Source: the human T2T-CHM13v2.0 reference genome, Homo sapiens. From it: 64,000 nucleotides of DNA. The number at the start of each line of letters is the position of its first letter. Position 1 is the first letter of the stretch. The notes under the pieces were generated by a model, which made no database searches, was not told the origin of the DNA, and saw only the letters and a program-made list of their open reading frames with translations. Positions 35,411 to 51,612 of the stretch are shown piece by piece. The stretch is taken from assembly GCF_009914755.1 (NCBI RefSeq), contig NC_060929.1; one strand, given 5' to 3'. The position numbers and the translations under genes are program-made.

Positions 35411-37283
<1,873 letters not shown>

Positions 37284-37511
37284 AGATCTTTATTCAGTTG
37301 TAGCCTTTCTCCATACAACACTCTTCTTGGAATTATCAAGAAAAGGTTTTTTTTTTATAAGCTCTTAAAGCCTAGGAAATTCTTATTATCTGCATTCAGG
37401 CTATTACAAAGACCACTGTTTGGTGAGCACAGCACAAATTGCTATAAAACAATTCCTGGGTTACCTATAAGCCTTACCTCTTCCTGTGCTAAGATAGGTG
37501 TGACTTTAACC

Positions 37512-37730
37512 CAGTATTTCCCGTGGGGATAGGAGGAGACTTACAGCATTGGGTTAAGACAATGCTTTATTGTACGGAGAATGCCTAACACACCACAGCG
37601 TGTTTACTGTCTCTGCCTGCTGCCACCCCACCCCAACCCAGCCAAAATGCCAGCAGTGCTCTGCAGTCATGGTGACAGCCAAAAAAAAAAAAAAGAAAAG
37701 CCGTGTCCTGTTTCCCTGCAGAACCACTAC
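37512..37730 (-). mobile_element. MER20-like hAT-Charlie remnant
   Basis: Resembles MER20; ends agaaccact. Confidence 0.55.
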
Positions 37731-38015
37731 AGTGCCCAGAACCCCTTCACACTGGCAGAAGAATGCACAATGCAGGTGCCCCTCAACACTGGCACTGCAG
37801 ATGCTTTTGAAGCTGGCCAAAGTCCACTAGACCACAGAAAATCTCTAAATAACACGTCCAAACTTTCCTGGAGATCACACATTCCGCCTCCCTGACAAAC
37901 GTACAGGGTAGGCCCTTGACAGATCCCGTGACTATTCCCAGCCTTTGTGCAATGATGAAGATCAGTCATGCTCCCCTGTGCTATAGAACCCAAAGGAGAC
38001 CTGAGCTCTCTGTGA

Positions 38016-38417
<402 letters not shown>

Positions 38418-39153
38418 TGAAGACACAAATCTCCCCCTCTCCTGGTGGGGAAGATACAAATTTCCCCACCCCCCCATAAAGGCCCAGAATGTACCAAAAA
38501 AATAAATATTCTTCCTTGATTTCCCAACTTTTTTTAATGTAGAACAATCCCCTCGGCAATGCTATCACACCAACCTGCGAACCTCCCCACTTCAAACTAG
38601 GAAGTTGTTTGACATTGAATAAAGATTCTTACTTTTTCCAGTTTTATATTTAAAAGGATATTTTCAAAGATGGTTCAATATTAAGAATTATTTTTTCTCT
38701 TAAACACAGATAAAAGTGGAATGGTCAGGAAACTTTATAGTGCAAATGCCTTGTAATAATATAATTACGCAAGTCATCCAGTTTATCTTTCTCCCTCAGG
38801 GGACATTACACCAAGCCATCTGAAGAAAAAGAGCCGGGGAGAGACTATCCACCAGTGTCCCTAAATACTCCCGAAAAGGAGCCTCAAGGAAAGGTTGCCC
38901 GAAGTTGGGAGTAGAGAGCTACAGGTATAGGCTCCATGCTTCCTTACATGTACAATGAGGAGACTGACCTGATCAACTCTGGGATCCTGTCCAGGCTGAC
39001 AGTCTGAAGTTGAAGGCAACAGAATAACAATTTCAATCAAAATCCAGAGACCAAGGGAAGAATTAAGAAATAGTTCGTGGAGGCCAGGATTTGTCACAGC
39101 AAAGCTCCAGACTAAAGGGGTGTGGAGGGATGCGCCTATAGAAAGAGCCATCA

Positions 39154-39640
<487 letters not shown>

Positions 39641-40850
39641 CTATCAGAGAACTCCCACAAGTGGACCAAGGTTAGGGCTTACATGGGGTCCAAGCTATGA
39701 TGTTCTTTCACAGCAATGATTCCTGGGTGCAATGGAAGGAGGCTCTGGAGAGAAGGCAGCCCCAGGCAGAAAGGCAGGGAGTAGGTTTGGGTTGAGCCCT
39801 TCTTCTGAGCTGAGGCTACAAACATTAAAACATACTCCTAGAGAGTACCCCAGCTGCAAGAGTCAGGATGGAGATACCCCAAAGGAAACAAGTATTTGGG
39901 GGTGGGGCTTGGGGGCTCTGGAGGGCGAAGGGAAAGAGAGGAGCTAGGGAGATTTCCAGTCTTCTACAACTTTACAAGAGTGGACCCCAGGCAATCTTGG
40001 CCTTCTTCTCCTTTTAACTTACATACTATCTATAGTCTCTGGCTTCCTGCAATTTCTATCAAGAATCCTAGATATTCCTGCAATTATGTTCAAATGACAG
40101 TTCCCACACGGACGATGTGGCCTTTTTGTAACATCCTCCAACCTTTCATTCCTCTGAGTCAGGAAGGAAAACAAACTCTTCAGAAGTCCAGATCTGAAAA
40201 AACCCTAGTTGGGCTAACTCCCACCCCTACAGCATTCCTTTTATTCCCAGGCCCTACAAAGCCTGAATTTAGTGTTCTTAAAGCTGACCCCTCGAAGAGC
40301 TGCAGTGAGTAATTACAGCAAACATCAATCACATGGACCCCGGGGGAACTAACTCCTAGGGGGCCCAGCCCACAGAGTGTGCTCTTGCCTACAGATTACA
40401 GAAGTACGCTACAGAGCAGAGTGGTCATCCTCATCTCCACTTTGTAGGGGCTGCAGTTTTATATGTTCTCATCCCACCATACACTGCAGTTTTGTGGTTT
40501 ACGAATTCAATAACAATGTTTGTTGCTGGTATTTAGACAGATTTTTTTTTTAGTAGCTATCAACTTTGAAAATTGACATCTTTTGGGAATATCAGACCAG
40601 CCCTTACCAATCTCCACTATGGTACCTCAGTCCTGTAAGAAACAACATTTTATTTATCATCTCTCACTCAAGGGCCAACTCAGAAGAATTCTTTACACCT
40701 GCTAGAAATAGTGAGAAAATATGATAGGGTGAAAATTCCATGTTGTGAAATGCCCTATGTGTGGTAACCATTATGCAGCAGGCTAAGAAGAATTTTTGCC
40801 ATCTTTTCCATTGAAGGGTTTATGGCAAATCCAAACTCTACTTTATTTAA

Positions 40851-41525
<675 letters not shown>

Positions 41526-42434
41526 GCAGCCTGCTTCCTATATTGTAGGTACTCTGCGAACAACTTAGGAATTAATAAAATTGAAAGGCCAGAAAGAAGT
41601 TACCACAGTCCATTCTGCAACAACAAGGAGACTCTGTCACTATGTCACACAGGCCAAGAATGAATGTATGTCACCATCATCTTAACACCTACCTGTAAAA
41701 CAACAAGCATTTTATTGCTTGATGTGTGACCCTGAGCAAATAGACTCTAAAAGGTCTGTGTCCCCGTTGGTCCCTTTCTAATAGTAGAAGTTGTTAAAGG
41801 AGGTAAGAGAAAATGCCAACATGCTCAGAAAGACATTATATTTATACAAGCTATCACCACCAGGAGTATTTCGTTTCAGCAAAAAGGAAGTTTACAATGT
41901 GCCTATGGCTGAATTCAATGGAATTGAATTTTTATACTGAACATTAACAAAATGTAAACACAGAAGTAAAGGCTAAATGTGAAAAGGTTACTGTTAAAGG
42001 GAAGCTTAGTTATCAGCGAAATATATATCCAGATTAACTAGCCATTTCTATCCTTGACTTTTCTCCCTCTAGCAACCTTTTAAACCTTTTAAAGGTGGAA
42101 TAACCCCCACCACAAGCATCTGAAACACAGCCCACTCATATATCACATCTACTTTTGGAGGAGCTGCTTTGCCGAGTGAACAACAGCATTGTGGGTTTAG
42201 CAGAAAAGAGAATGAACATTTCTTGTCTGCACAGAATGACCACGCACACAGCACTCTGTACTCTTTCCATCAACAGCAGAAGAAAGCTATTTCCTTTGGA
42301 TCAGAAAGCTGCCAGGACATGCTGGCACATTCTATCTCTTCTTCACTTTGTGCTCCCCTGCCCTCCAGTAAAGGTATAGCAAACTACTATTCGACCATCT
42401 TTTAAAGGGGGTTAGGCAACGGTGCTGCAACATG

Positions 42435-42561
42435 CCATATATTTGCTTTATTTACCCCAAATAAAAACAAGTAAGGTAAACGAAGTTCAAATATTTACAT
42501 ACCATATATTTGCTTTATTTACCCCAAATAAAAACAAGTAAGGTGAACGAAGTTCAAATAT
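42435..42561. repeat. Tandem duplication, 67-bp period, two copies
   Basis: A 60-bp core at 42435-42494 and 42502-42561 differs at one base. Confidence 0.95.
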
Positions 42562-42708
42562 GAGTTCACGCTCTTCGCCTTTTTACTTGTGGTTATTTTC
42601 CCCCCTCCTCAAATGGTTGCAGCCTCACAGCTACTGAAAGTTATTTCAATTCTTTTCCTGTAATTTTAAAGTCTGCAAAAGTGACCTTGAGTAACTCCCA
42701 AGACTTAC

Positions 42709-42835
42709 CATGAATACAAGATACATCCGATTAAGAGGCTGGTCCCCAGTATAGTCACCAAGTTTTCATCTCTGTACAGGTCTTGACCAAAGTCAGGCAC
42801 ACAGATTGTAACATTTTTCCCATGTTCATCTAGAA
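42709..42835 (-). CDS. SERINC5: SERINC5 exon 8 (127 nt): (V)LDEHGKNVTICVPDFGQDLYRDENLVTILGTSLLIGCILYS(C); includes the N294 sequon NVT (42807-42815)
   Basis: Acceptor ttttcaag|TT, donor TG|gtaagt. 2 nt + 41 codons + 2 nt. Confidence 0.96.
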
Positions 42836-43335
42836 CTTGAAAAGAAAAAACAAAGTCATCACAGTCAAGTACAAAGGCCAGTTGTAACGCACAGAAGCAC
42901 TCATTTTGGGAAAATTCAGGTAGCTGTGGTGTACCTCCTTAGAACAGTGAACACTTATCACTGGAAACTTCTACTCTACAGGCTGTTTCCATGCAGACTG
43001 GATTTCTGCTCTTTCAAAGAACATTCTCCCACATCATCACATCCTTGGAACAAGACCCTCAGATTCCAGCTCAGTGCCATGGGGCTCAAACAGATCCAGA
43101 ACCTAAGGAAAGAGTCTTGCTCGAAGTCAGGTGCATTTTTCAGTTGACAAGGCAGCCTCTAAAGAGAGGTAGGGTGCAGATACCAAGCAGTGCTGAGGTG
43201 AATCAACAGCCAACAATAGCTCCTAAACTAGTTGAGAAGTCATTTTGCTGTAAGTGATATGATAATCGTGGTATCTTTCTGTCTGTAACTTGGAAACTCC
43301 TGAGGTGTGTTTTTTTTTTAATGTGAGTGGCTACA

Positions 43336-44178
43336 TGTGATATTGTGAAATATATATTTGGTCTTCATTCGCATTTACTTGCATGCAACTCCTAAAATCT
43401 TTGAAATCTCCAAAATGGTGTCTTTTTATATGTTAATGACTGACTAATGGCTGGCAGCCCCTAGGTAGCCTCAGGATGGGGGCTGGTCACCAGAAAGACC
43501 AAGGTAGGATTAGAGGGCTGGGACTTTCAGACCCACTCTCCAAACTCCAGGAATGGGAGGAATGGTAGTTGATCACCAAGGGCCAATGGTTTAATCATTT
43601 AATCAATCATGCCTGTGTAATGAAGTCTCCATAAAAGGCCCAAAAGGACATGGTTCAGAAAGCTTCCTGAGAGCTGGAGGCTTACAGGAAGGTGAACACC
43701 ACCTCATCCACATGTTAGGAACCCAGCCACACCAACTGCATGGAGACAGCTCAGGACCCTTTGAGACCTTGCCTTATATATATTTTTACCTGCCTGTTTA
43801 TTCATATTCTTTAAAATATCCTTTGTAATAAATCAGTAAAGATAAGTATTTCCTGAGATCTGTGAGCCACTCTATCAAATTAATCCATCCCAAAGAAGGG
43901 GTAACTGTGGGAGCCCTAACAGTTGGTCAGAAGTTCTGGAGGGCCGGACTTGTGACCAGTGGGAATGGTAGGGCTGTTTTGTGGAATTGAGCCTTCGACC
44001 TGTGGGATCTGACCTTATCTCCAGGTAGAGCATCCGAATTGGATTGGAGGACACCCAACTGATGTCCACTGCCTGCTTGCTGGTGGGGAGAAATCTCCAC
44101 TTATTTTAGTGTCACAGAAACCTTCTGTGTTGACTGTTGTAGTGTGAAACAGTAAGAAAAACTGAGTTATTCTAAACA
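43336..44178 (+). mobile_element. MER21-family solo LTR
   Basis: Starts tgtgatattgtgaaatatatatttggtcttc, ends CA; TSD CTAC. Confidence 0.85.
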
Positions 44179-44436
44179 CTACGTAACAAAGATTCCTATA
44201 ATATAACCATCAGTGGTAATTTACCTTTTACCTAACATGGAGTCTTCCATTTGGAACACCCAACCTAGGTCTGACTGCCAACTTTGCCACCAAAGCAAGT
44301 AACATAAAGTAACACTCTAGAAACCACTTTACAAACGTGCATATTTCAAGTGTCTGAAGTGAGACTAAAATTATGACTAGTATTTGCACTTGAAACAGTA
44401 AACGTAACTATGTATGCTGTGGTTTAAGGAATCTTT

Positions 44437-47400
44437 TATTATTTGTATAAATTTATGGGGTACAAGTGTAACTTTTTTACATGTAGTGGTGAAGTCTTGG
44501 CTTTTAGTGTATCTATCACCAAATAATGTGTATTCTACCCATTAAGTAATTTCTCACCATCCATCCCCTCCCTCCTTCCTATGTTTGAGTCTTCACTATC
44601 ATTCCACACTCATGTCCATGTGTACACATTATTTAGCTCCCACTTAAAAGTGAGAACATGCAGTATTTGTCTGTGTCTGCTTGTTTCACTTAAGATAATG
44701 GCTTCCAGTTCCATCCATGTTGCTACAAAAGACAGGATTTCATTCTTTTTTATGGCTGAATAGTATTCCATTGTGTGGAGATAGATATATATATGTGTGT
44801 GTGTGTGTATATATATGTGTATATATATATGTGTGTGTATATATATGTATATATGTGTGTATATGTATATATATACGTGTATATATACGTGTATATATAT
44901 ACACACGTGTATATATATATATGTATGTATGTATATATATAAAAATCACATTTTCTTTATCCAATCATCTGTTGATGGACACTTAAAGGTGATTCCTTAT
45001 CTTTGCTATTGTGAACAGTGCTGCGATAAACACAGAGGTGCAGTTATCTTTTTGATATAATGATTTATTTTCCTTTTTGTAGCTACCCAGTAGTGGGATT
45101 GCTGAATCAAATGGTAGCTCTATTTTTAGTTCTCTGAGAAATCTCCCACTGTTTCCCATAGAAGCTATGCTAATTTACATTCCCATCAACAGTATAAGTG
45201 TTTCCGTTTCTCCACATCCTTACCAACATCTGTTACTTTTTGTCTTTTTAATAATAGCCACTCTGACTGGTGTGAAATGACATCTAGTTATGGTTTTAAT
45301 TTGCATTTCTCTGATGATTAGCAATGTTGAGCATTTTTTTCAAATGCCTGTTGGCCATTTATATGTCTTCTTTAGAAAAAAAATGAAATGTCTATTCATG
45401 TTCTTTGACTACTTTTTAATGGGATTATTTGGTGTTTTTTGTTGTTGAATTGTGTTCCTTGTAAATTCTGCATATTGCTCCCCTATAAGACACAGTTTGC
45501 AAATATTTTCTCTGATTCTGCAGGTTGTCTCTTCACTCTGTTGATTATTTCTTTTGCTGTACAGAAGCTAATTAGATTAACATAGTTCCATTTGTCTGGT
45601 TTTGTTTTTGTTGTCTGTGCTTTTGAGGTCTTAGTCATGAATTATTTCCCTTGAGCAATATCCAGAAGAGTTTTCCTAGGTTTTCTTCTAGCATTTTTAC
45701 AGTTTCAGGTCTTACATGTAAGTCTTTAATCCACCTTTTGTTGATTTTTGTTGATTTTTGTATGTGGTGAGAGACAGGGGTTCGGTAGGGGTTCAGCATA
45801 TGGAAATCCAAATTTTCCAGGACCACTTATTGAAAAGGGTATCCTTTCCCCAGTGTGTGTTCTTGTCAACTTTGTCAAAGACCAGATGGCTATAAATATG
45901 TGGCTTTACTTCTGGGTTCTCTATGTGGTTCCATGGATCTATTCTTATACAAATATCATGCTGTTTTGCTTACTGTAGCTTTGTAGCATAATTTGAAGAA
46001 GGGACTCCTCCAGCTTTGAAGTGTGATTCCTCCAAGTTTTGTTCTTTTTGCTTAGGATTGCTTTAGCTATTCTGGCTCTGTTGTTTCTATACAAATTTTA
46101 GGATTGTTTTTCTGTGAAAAATGTCATTGGTATTTTGATAGGGATAGCGCTAAATCTGTAAGACTGCTTTAGGCAATATGGTCATTTTAACAATATTTAT
46201 TCTCCTGATCCATGAGCATGGGATGTCTTTCCATTCGCTTGCATCCTTTTTATTTTTATTTTTTTGAGACGTGGTCTTGCTCTTTCACCCAGTCTGGAGT
46301 ACAGTGGCCTGATCATAGCTCACCATAACCTCAAGCTCCTGGGCTCAGGTGATCCTCCAACCTCGGACCCATGAGTAGCTAGAACTACAGGTGCATGCCA
46401 CCACACTCAGCTAATTTGTAAATTTTTTGTAGAGATGGGATTTCCCTATGTTGCTCAGGCCGGCCTCAAATTCCTGGCCTCAAGCCATCCTCCCACCTTG
46501 GCCTCCCAAAGTGCTGGGATCACAGGGATGTGAAACTACACATGGCCCCTCCTTTTAAGTTTTTCATCAATGTTTAGTAGTTTTCATTGTAAAGATCTTT
46601 CACGTCCTTCGTTAAATTTATTCCTAGTTATTTTATTTTTTGTAGCCATTGTAAATGGGACTGGCTTCTTGATTTGGTTCTCTGCTAGATGATTACTGGT
46701 GTATAGAAACACTACTGACTTTTTTTTTTTGAGGCGGAGTTTCACTCTGTTGTCCAGGCTGGGGTGCAGGGGTGCTGTAGTGCGATCTTGGCTAGTGAGC
46801 CAAGATCCCTCCCCCTCCCAGGTTCAAGTGATTCTCCTGTCTCAGCCTCCCAAGTAGTTGGGATTACAGATGTGCACACCACTATGACTGGCTAATTTTT
46901 GTATTTTTAGTAGACACGAGGTCTCACCATGTTGGCCAAGCTGGTCTCAAGCTCCCGACCTCAAATGATCCACCCACCCTGCCCTCCCAAAGTGCTGGGA
47001 TTACAGATGTGAGCCAATGCACCCAGCCAAAACACTACTAATTTTTGTATGTTGACTTTGTATACTGCAATATTACTGAATTCATTACTCAAATCTAACA
47101 GTGTTTTGGTGGAGCCTTTTGGGTTTTCTAGATATAGAATCACATCATCAACAAACACGACAATTTGACTTCCTCTCTTCCAATTTGGATACCTTTTATT
47201 TCTTCCTCTTGCCTGAGTGTCCTGGCTAGGACTTCCAGTACTATGGTGAATAGGCATGGTGAAGGCAGGCACCCTTATCTTGGTTCAGTTCTCAAAAGTA
47301 ATGCTTCCCATTTTTCCCCACTCAGTATGATACTGGCTGCGGGCTTATCATATATGACCTTTATTATTTTAAGTTGTATTCCTTCTATTATTTTAAGTTA

Positions 47401-48699
47401 TGTTCCTACTTTATTGAGGGTTTTTTTTTTTACCATGAAAAGATGCTGAATTTTAACAAATGCTTTTTCTGCATCTATTGAAATGATCATATGGTTTTTA
47501 TCTTTAATTCTGTTTATGTAATATGTAATGTATGATGTATCATATTTATTAATTTGCATATGTTGAACCATTCTTGCATCCATGGTATAATACCCACTTG
47601 ATCATGGTATATTATCTTCTGATGTACTATTACATCGTGTTTGCTAGTATTTTGTTGAAGATTTTTCCATCTATGTTCATCAGGGGTATTGGTCTGTAAT
47701 TTTTTTTTGTTGTGTCCTTGTCTGGTTTTGGTTTTCAGGGTGATATATCTGGCCTTGTATAATGAGTCAGGGAGAGTTCTCTCCTCCTCCATTTTTTGGC
47801 ACAATTTCAGGAGGATTGGTATTAGTTCTCCCTTATATGTTTGGTAGGATTTGGCTATGACTCCATTCGGTCCTGGCTTTTTCTTATTGGAAGATTTTTT
47901 AAATCACTGATTCAATATCACTACTCATTATTGGCCTGTTTAGGATTTCTATTCCTTCTTGCTTTCCAGAAATGTATCCATTTCCTCTAGCTTTTCTAGT
48001 TTGTAAGTATATGGAAGTTCATAATAGTCTGTAATGATCTTTTGTACTTTTGTGGTTATTATTGTGATTTTTCCTTTTTCATTTCTAATTTTGTTGATTT
48101 GGTCTTCTCTCTTCTTGGTTAGTCCAGGGGCTTATCAATTTTGTTTATCTTTTCAACAAACCACCTTTTTTTTGTTTTGTTGATCCTCTGTATTGTTCTC
48201 ATGGGTTTTTTTGGGGGGGAGGGGGGTCTTTATTTTATTTAGTTCCTTATTTTATTTTATTTTTTTGAGACAAAGTCCCTGTCTATTGCCCTGGGTAGAG
48301 TGCAGTGGTGCAATAAGAGCTCACAGCTCACTGCAGCCTCAACCTCTGGGGCTCCAGTGATCCTCCCACCTCAGCCTCCAGAGTAGCTGGGACTACAGAC
48401 ATGTGCCACCATGCCTGGCTAATTTTTTGTATTTTTTTGTAGGGACAGGGTTTCACCATGTTGCCCAGGCTGGTCTCAAACTCCTGGGCTCCTGCAATCT
48501 GCCTGCCTCAACCTCCCAAAGTGCTAGGATTACAAGCATGAGCCAACTCACACAGCCCTGATCTTTGTTATTTCTTTTGTTCTGCTAACTTTGGGTTTGA
48601 TTTCTTCTTGATTTTCTAGTTCCAGGTGCAATGTTAGGTTGTTAATTTGTAATCTTTCTGCTTTTTTCATATAGGCATTTAATGCTATAAACTTCCCTG
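44437..48699 (-). mobile_element. 5'-truncated L1 (L1PB/L1MA-like), ~4.3 kb including three Alus (~46248-46548, 46719-47028, 48248-48555)
   Basis: Broken ORF2 remnants ([32 protein letters not shown]), an L1 3' UTR and a 26-bp flanking direct repeat. Confidence 0.93.
44784..44940. repeat. Compound (TA)n/(TG)n/(CA)n microsatellite
   Basis: Direct reading. Confidence 0.95.
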
Positions 48700-49819
48700 T
48701 GTATGCTGTGGTTTCAAGAATCTTTATTCTTAGGCTAATTAAAAAAATGTAGAGCACTTGAAATTTAAAATAACTTTTTTTCTGTTTTTTTTTTTTTTTT
48801 TTTTTGTAGAGATGCTATGTTGCCAAGGCTGGTCTCAGCTCCTGGCTGCAAGCAATCTTCCTGCCTCAGCCTCCCAAGGTGCTTAGATTACAGGCATGTG
48901 CCACCACGCTCAGCCTTTTTTTTCTGTTTTAAAGGGATACCTGCCATTTAAAAAATATTGTAAATAAAAATCCCAGTAAGTTAAAGCCAGAAATTAATAC
49001 ATAAACAGTCATAAAAGAAAGTCTTAAAGAGACTAAATTTATGTAAACTTACAGAGTCAAGATAGAGTATTTAAAAAAAAAACTTAAATCCAGGTTAGGC
49101 AATAGTTACTTAAGACCTCCACTTACATTACTTTCCACTATAAACAGCAACAAGGACAAACCCATAAATACTATGTGTATATGCTAAAACTTTCAAAATT
49201 ATCATTGCACCAGCTTTCCAAATTTAAAAGAGGAAACAACTTCAATTCTCTTAGACACTACATTTATTTGACTTATATAAGCTCAAATATACTCAAACAT
49301 ACATTTATATATGCTTATGTGTATGTATGTATATATGTATGTATGTCTGTGTATATTTACATTTATACATCACATAAGTAATAGAGAGGATAAGTAAGTT
49401 TCTGCAAGTTACTTAAGTAGCAGGATCAGTCTATAAACCAGGCAGTCCGACTTCAAAGCTCATGCTCTAATCACTATGTTCTGTTGTCTCTGTAAATAAA
49501 TGTCATTTAAGACGAGTGGTTTGAGGTCACATAGCCAGTAAATCATGGATCTGTGCTCAGATCCTGCTCCCTGCTCCCCACTCCCCCACATTCTTTCCAC
49601 TCTTTATTCCACTGCTATAGTCAGAAAAGAAAAGAAATACAACTAAAGAGGTTATTTAGGCCTAAAAGCAAACTCCACAGCCAAACCTTTCCTCCTGTCT
49701 GTCCTACACACCAGGAAGAATCGAAAAAGGGAATTTTCCTTTACATAGCTCAAGTTAAAGACTTTTTCATGAAAAAGTCTAGATCATCTCTCTACTGTGA
49801 TTTGGTACATTTCTAACGT

Positions 49820-50165
49820 TTATTTTTATTTTTTAACTTAATTTTTGTGGATACATAGTAGGCGTACATATTTCTGTGGTACATGAGATGTTTTAATACA
49901 GGTGTGAAACATGTAACAATCACGTCATCTAAAATGGGGTACCCATCCCCTCATGCACTGATCTTTTGTGTTATACAAGCAATCCAATTATACTCTTTTA
50001 GTTATTTTTAAATGTACAATTAAATTTGACTATAGTCACCCTGTTGTGCTATCAAATACTAGGTCTTATTCATTCTTCCTATTTATTTTGTACCCATTAA
50101 TCATCCTAACCTCCTCCCAAACCCTTCCCAGCCTCTGGTAACCATCTTTCTGCTCTCTATCTCCA
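49820..50165 (-). mobile_element. L1MA 3' end
   Basis: Reads tttttgtggatacatagtagg...ccagcctctggtaaccatc. Confidence 0.85.
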
Positions 50166-50255
50166 AGGCCTCTCCAATATTTAAACAATAGCTCATTCCT
50201 CCATGAATGAAAATATTCACACCGCAAACACAAGCCCACTAACAGGCTGGCTTAC

Positions 50256-50351
50256 CTACTTCTGCAGGTTTGCTGGACAGAGCTGAGAAGGTGAGGTAGG
50301 TGACATAGCAGCTTATGACCCCTGATTGTAAGAGCCCCGAGTGTGGCTGTC
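50256..50351 (-). CDS. SERINC5: SERINC5 exon 7 (96 nt): (R)[31 protein letters not shown](V)
   Basis: Acceptor ttttcag|GA, donor G|gtaagc. Contains the SGLLQS family motif. Confidence 0.96.
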
Positions 50352-50934
50352 CTGAAAAGTGACAAGAGACAGACAACAGGTTTTAATTTGAAGAAAAAGA
50401 AAGCACATGCCTAAAAAACCTGATAGTCCCCATGACAGTCCTCAAACTTGAGCATCCACCTTTAAAGGAAAGAAAAGAGAAAAAAATGTAGTATGTTTCT
50501 CAGATAAAACTAAAAAGATATTAAGGGGGAGAGAGTTACACGCTGAACTGAACATTGCTACTTCAAAGACACCAGGTTCTGCCAAGTTATCTACCAATAC
50601 TTTATCAAGCCTATGGCTACACTTAAAACACACTAACTAGTCTCCCTGAGGTTTGTAACATTAGTTCTTAAATCACAAGATCAGAAAAAAAATTACCATA
50701 GTTGTTGATAAAACCACATAGCTTAATTGGGGAGGGGAGTAAGTGGTAAACCAGATTTCATAGGGGATGTATTCTGGATTCTACAAGGTCATCACATACT
50801 ACAGTCTATGACAGGGCAAAAAGCTCTTACCTGCCAATGATCAAAAAGCTTTTGGGGACAGAATACAAGAACTGCTCTTGGCTAAAGAGGAAGGCTATGG
50901 GGCTCAGCATTCACTGGGAGAATGGCTTTAAGGT

Positions 50935-51612
50935 TATTTATTTATTTATTCATTTATTTTTAACTTTTATTTTAGGTTTAGGGGTGTATGTGCAGGTTTG
51001 TTGTAAGGGGAAAATTGCCACAGGGGTTTGTCATATAGATTATTTCGTCACCCAGGTATTAAGCCTAGTACCCATTAGTTATCTTTCCTGATCCTCTCCT
51101 TCCTCCCACCTCCACCCTCTGATAGGCCCCAGTGTGTGTTGTTCCCCTCTATGTGTCCACATGTTCTCATCATTTAGCTCCCACTTTTAAGCAAGAACAT
51201 GTGGTATTTGGTTTTCTGTTCCTGTGTTAGTTTGCTAAGGATAATGTCCTCCAGCCCCATCCACGTTCCTGCAAAGGACATGATCTCTTTCCTTTTTATG
51301 GCTACACCGTATTCCATAGATTCCATAGTGTATATGTACCACATTTTCTTTATTCAATCTACCATTGACGGGCATGTCGGTGATTCCATATCTTTGCTAT
51401 TGTGAATGCCTGTGTCTTTATGTGAGAACCATTTATATTCTTTTGGGTATATACCCAGTAATGAGATTGCTGGACCTAATGATAGTTTTGTTTTTAGGTC
51501 TTTGAGGAATTGCCACCCTGCTTTCCACTATGGTTGAACTAATTTACATTCCCACCAACAGTGTATAAGTGTTCATTTTTCTCTGAAACTTCACAAGCCA
51601 TCTGTTATTTTT
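50935..51612 (-). mobile_element. Older L1PA 3' end
   Basis: (ttta)n tail, then aacttttattttaggtttagggg...tgtgcaggtttg and tcccaccaacagtgta. Confidence 0.88.

Noticed and set aside
41866-41879. ISRE-like TTTCGTTTC (a similar core lies near 23738)
   Set aside because: A short isolated motif far from any promoter and expected by chance. SERINC5 is reported not to be interferon-inducible.
44581-45060. Y/I/H/V/C-rich ORFs
   Set aside because: Translation of the (TA/TG)n microsatellite and adjacent L1.
46961-47804. Reverse-transcriptase-like ORFs ([32 protein letters not shown])
   Set aside because: Frameshifted, Alu-interrupted remnants of L1 ORF2 in a 5'-truncated element; not functional.
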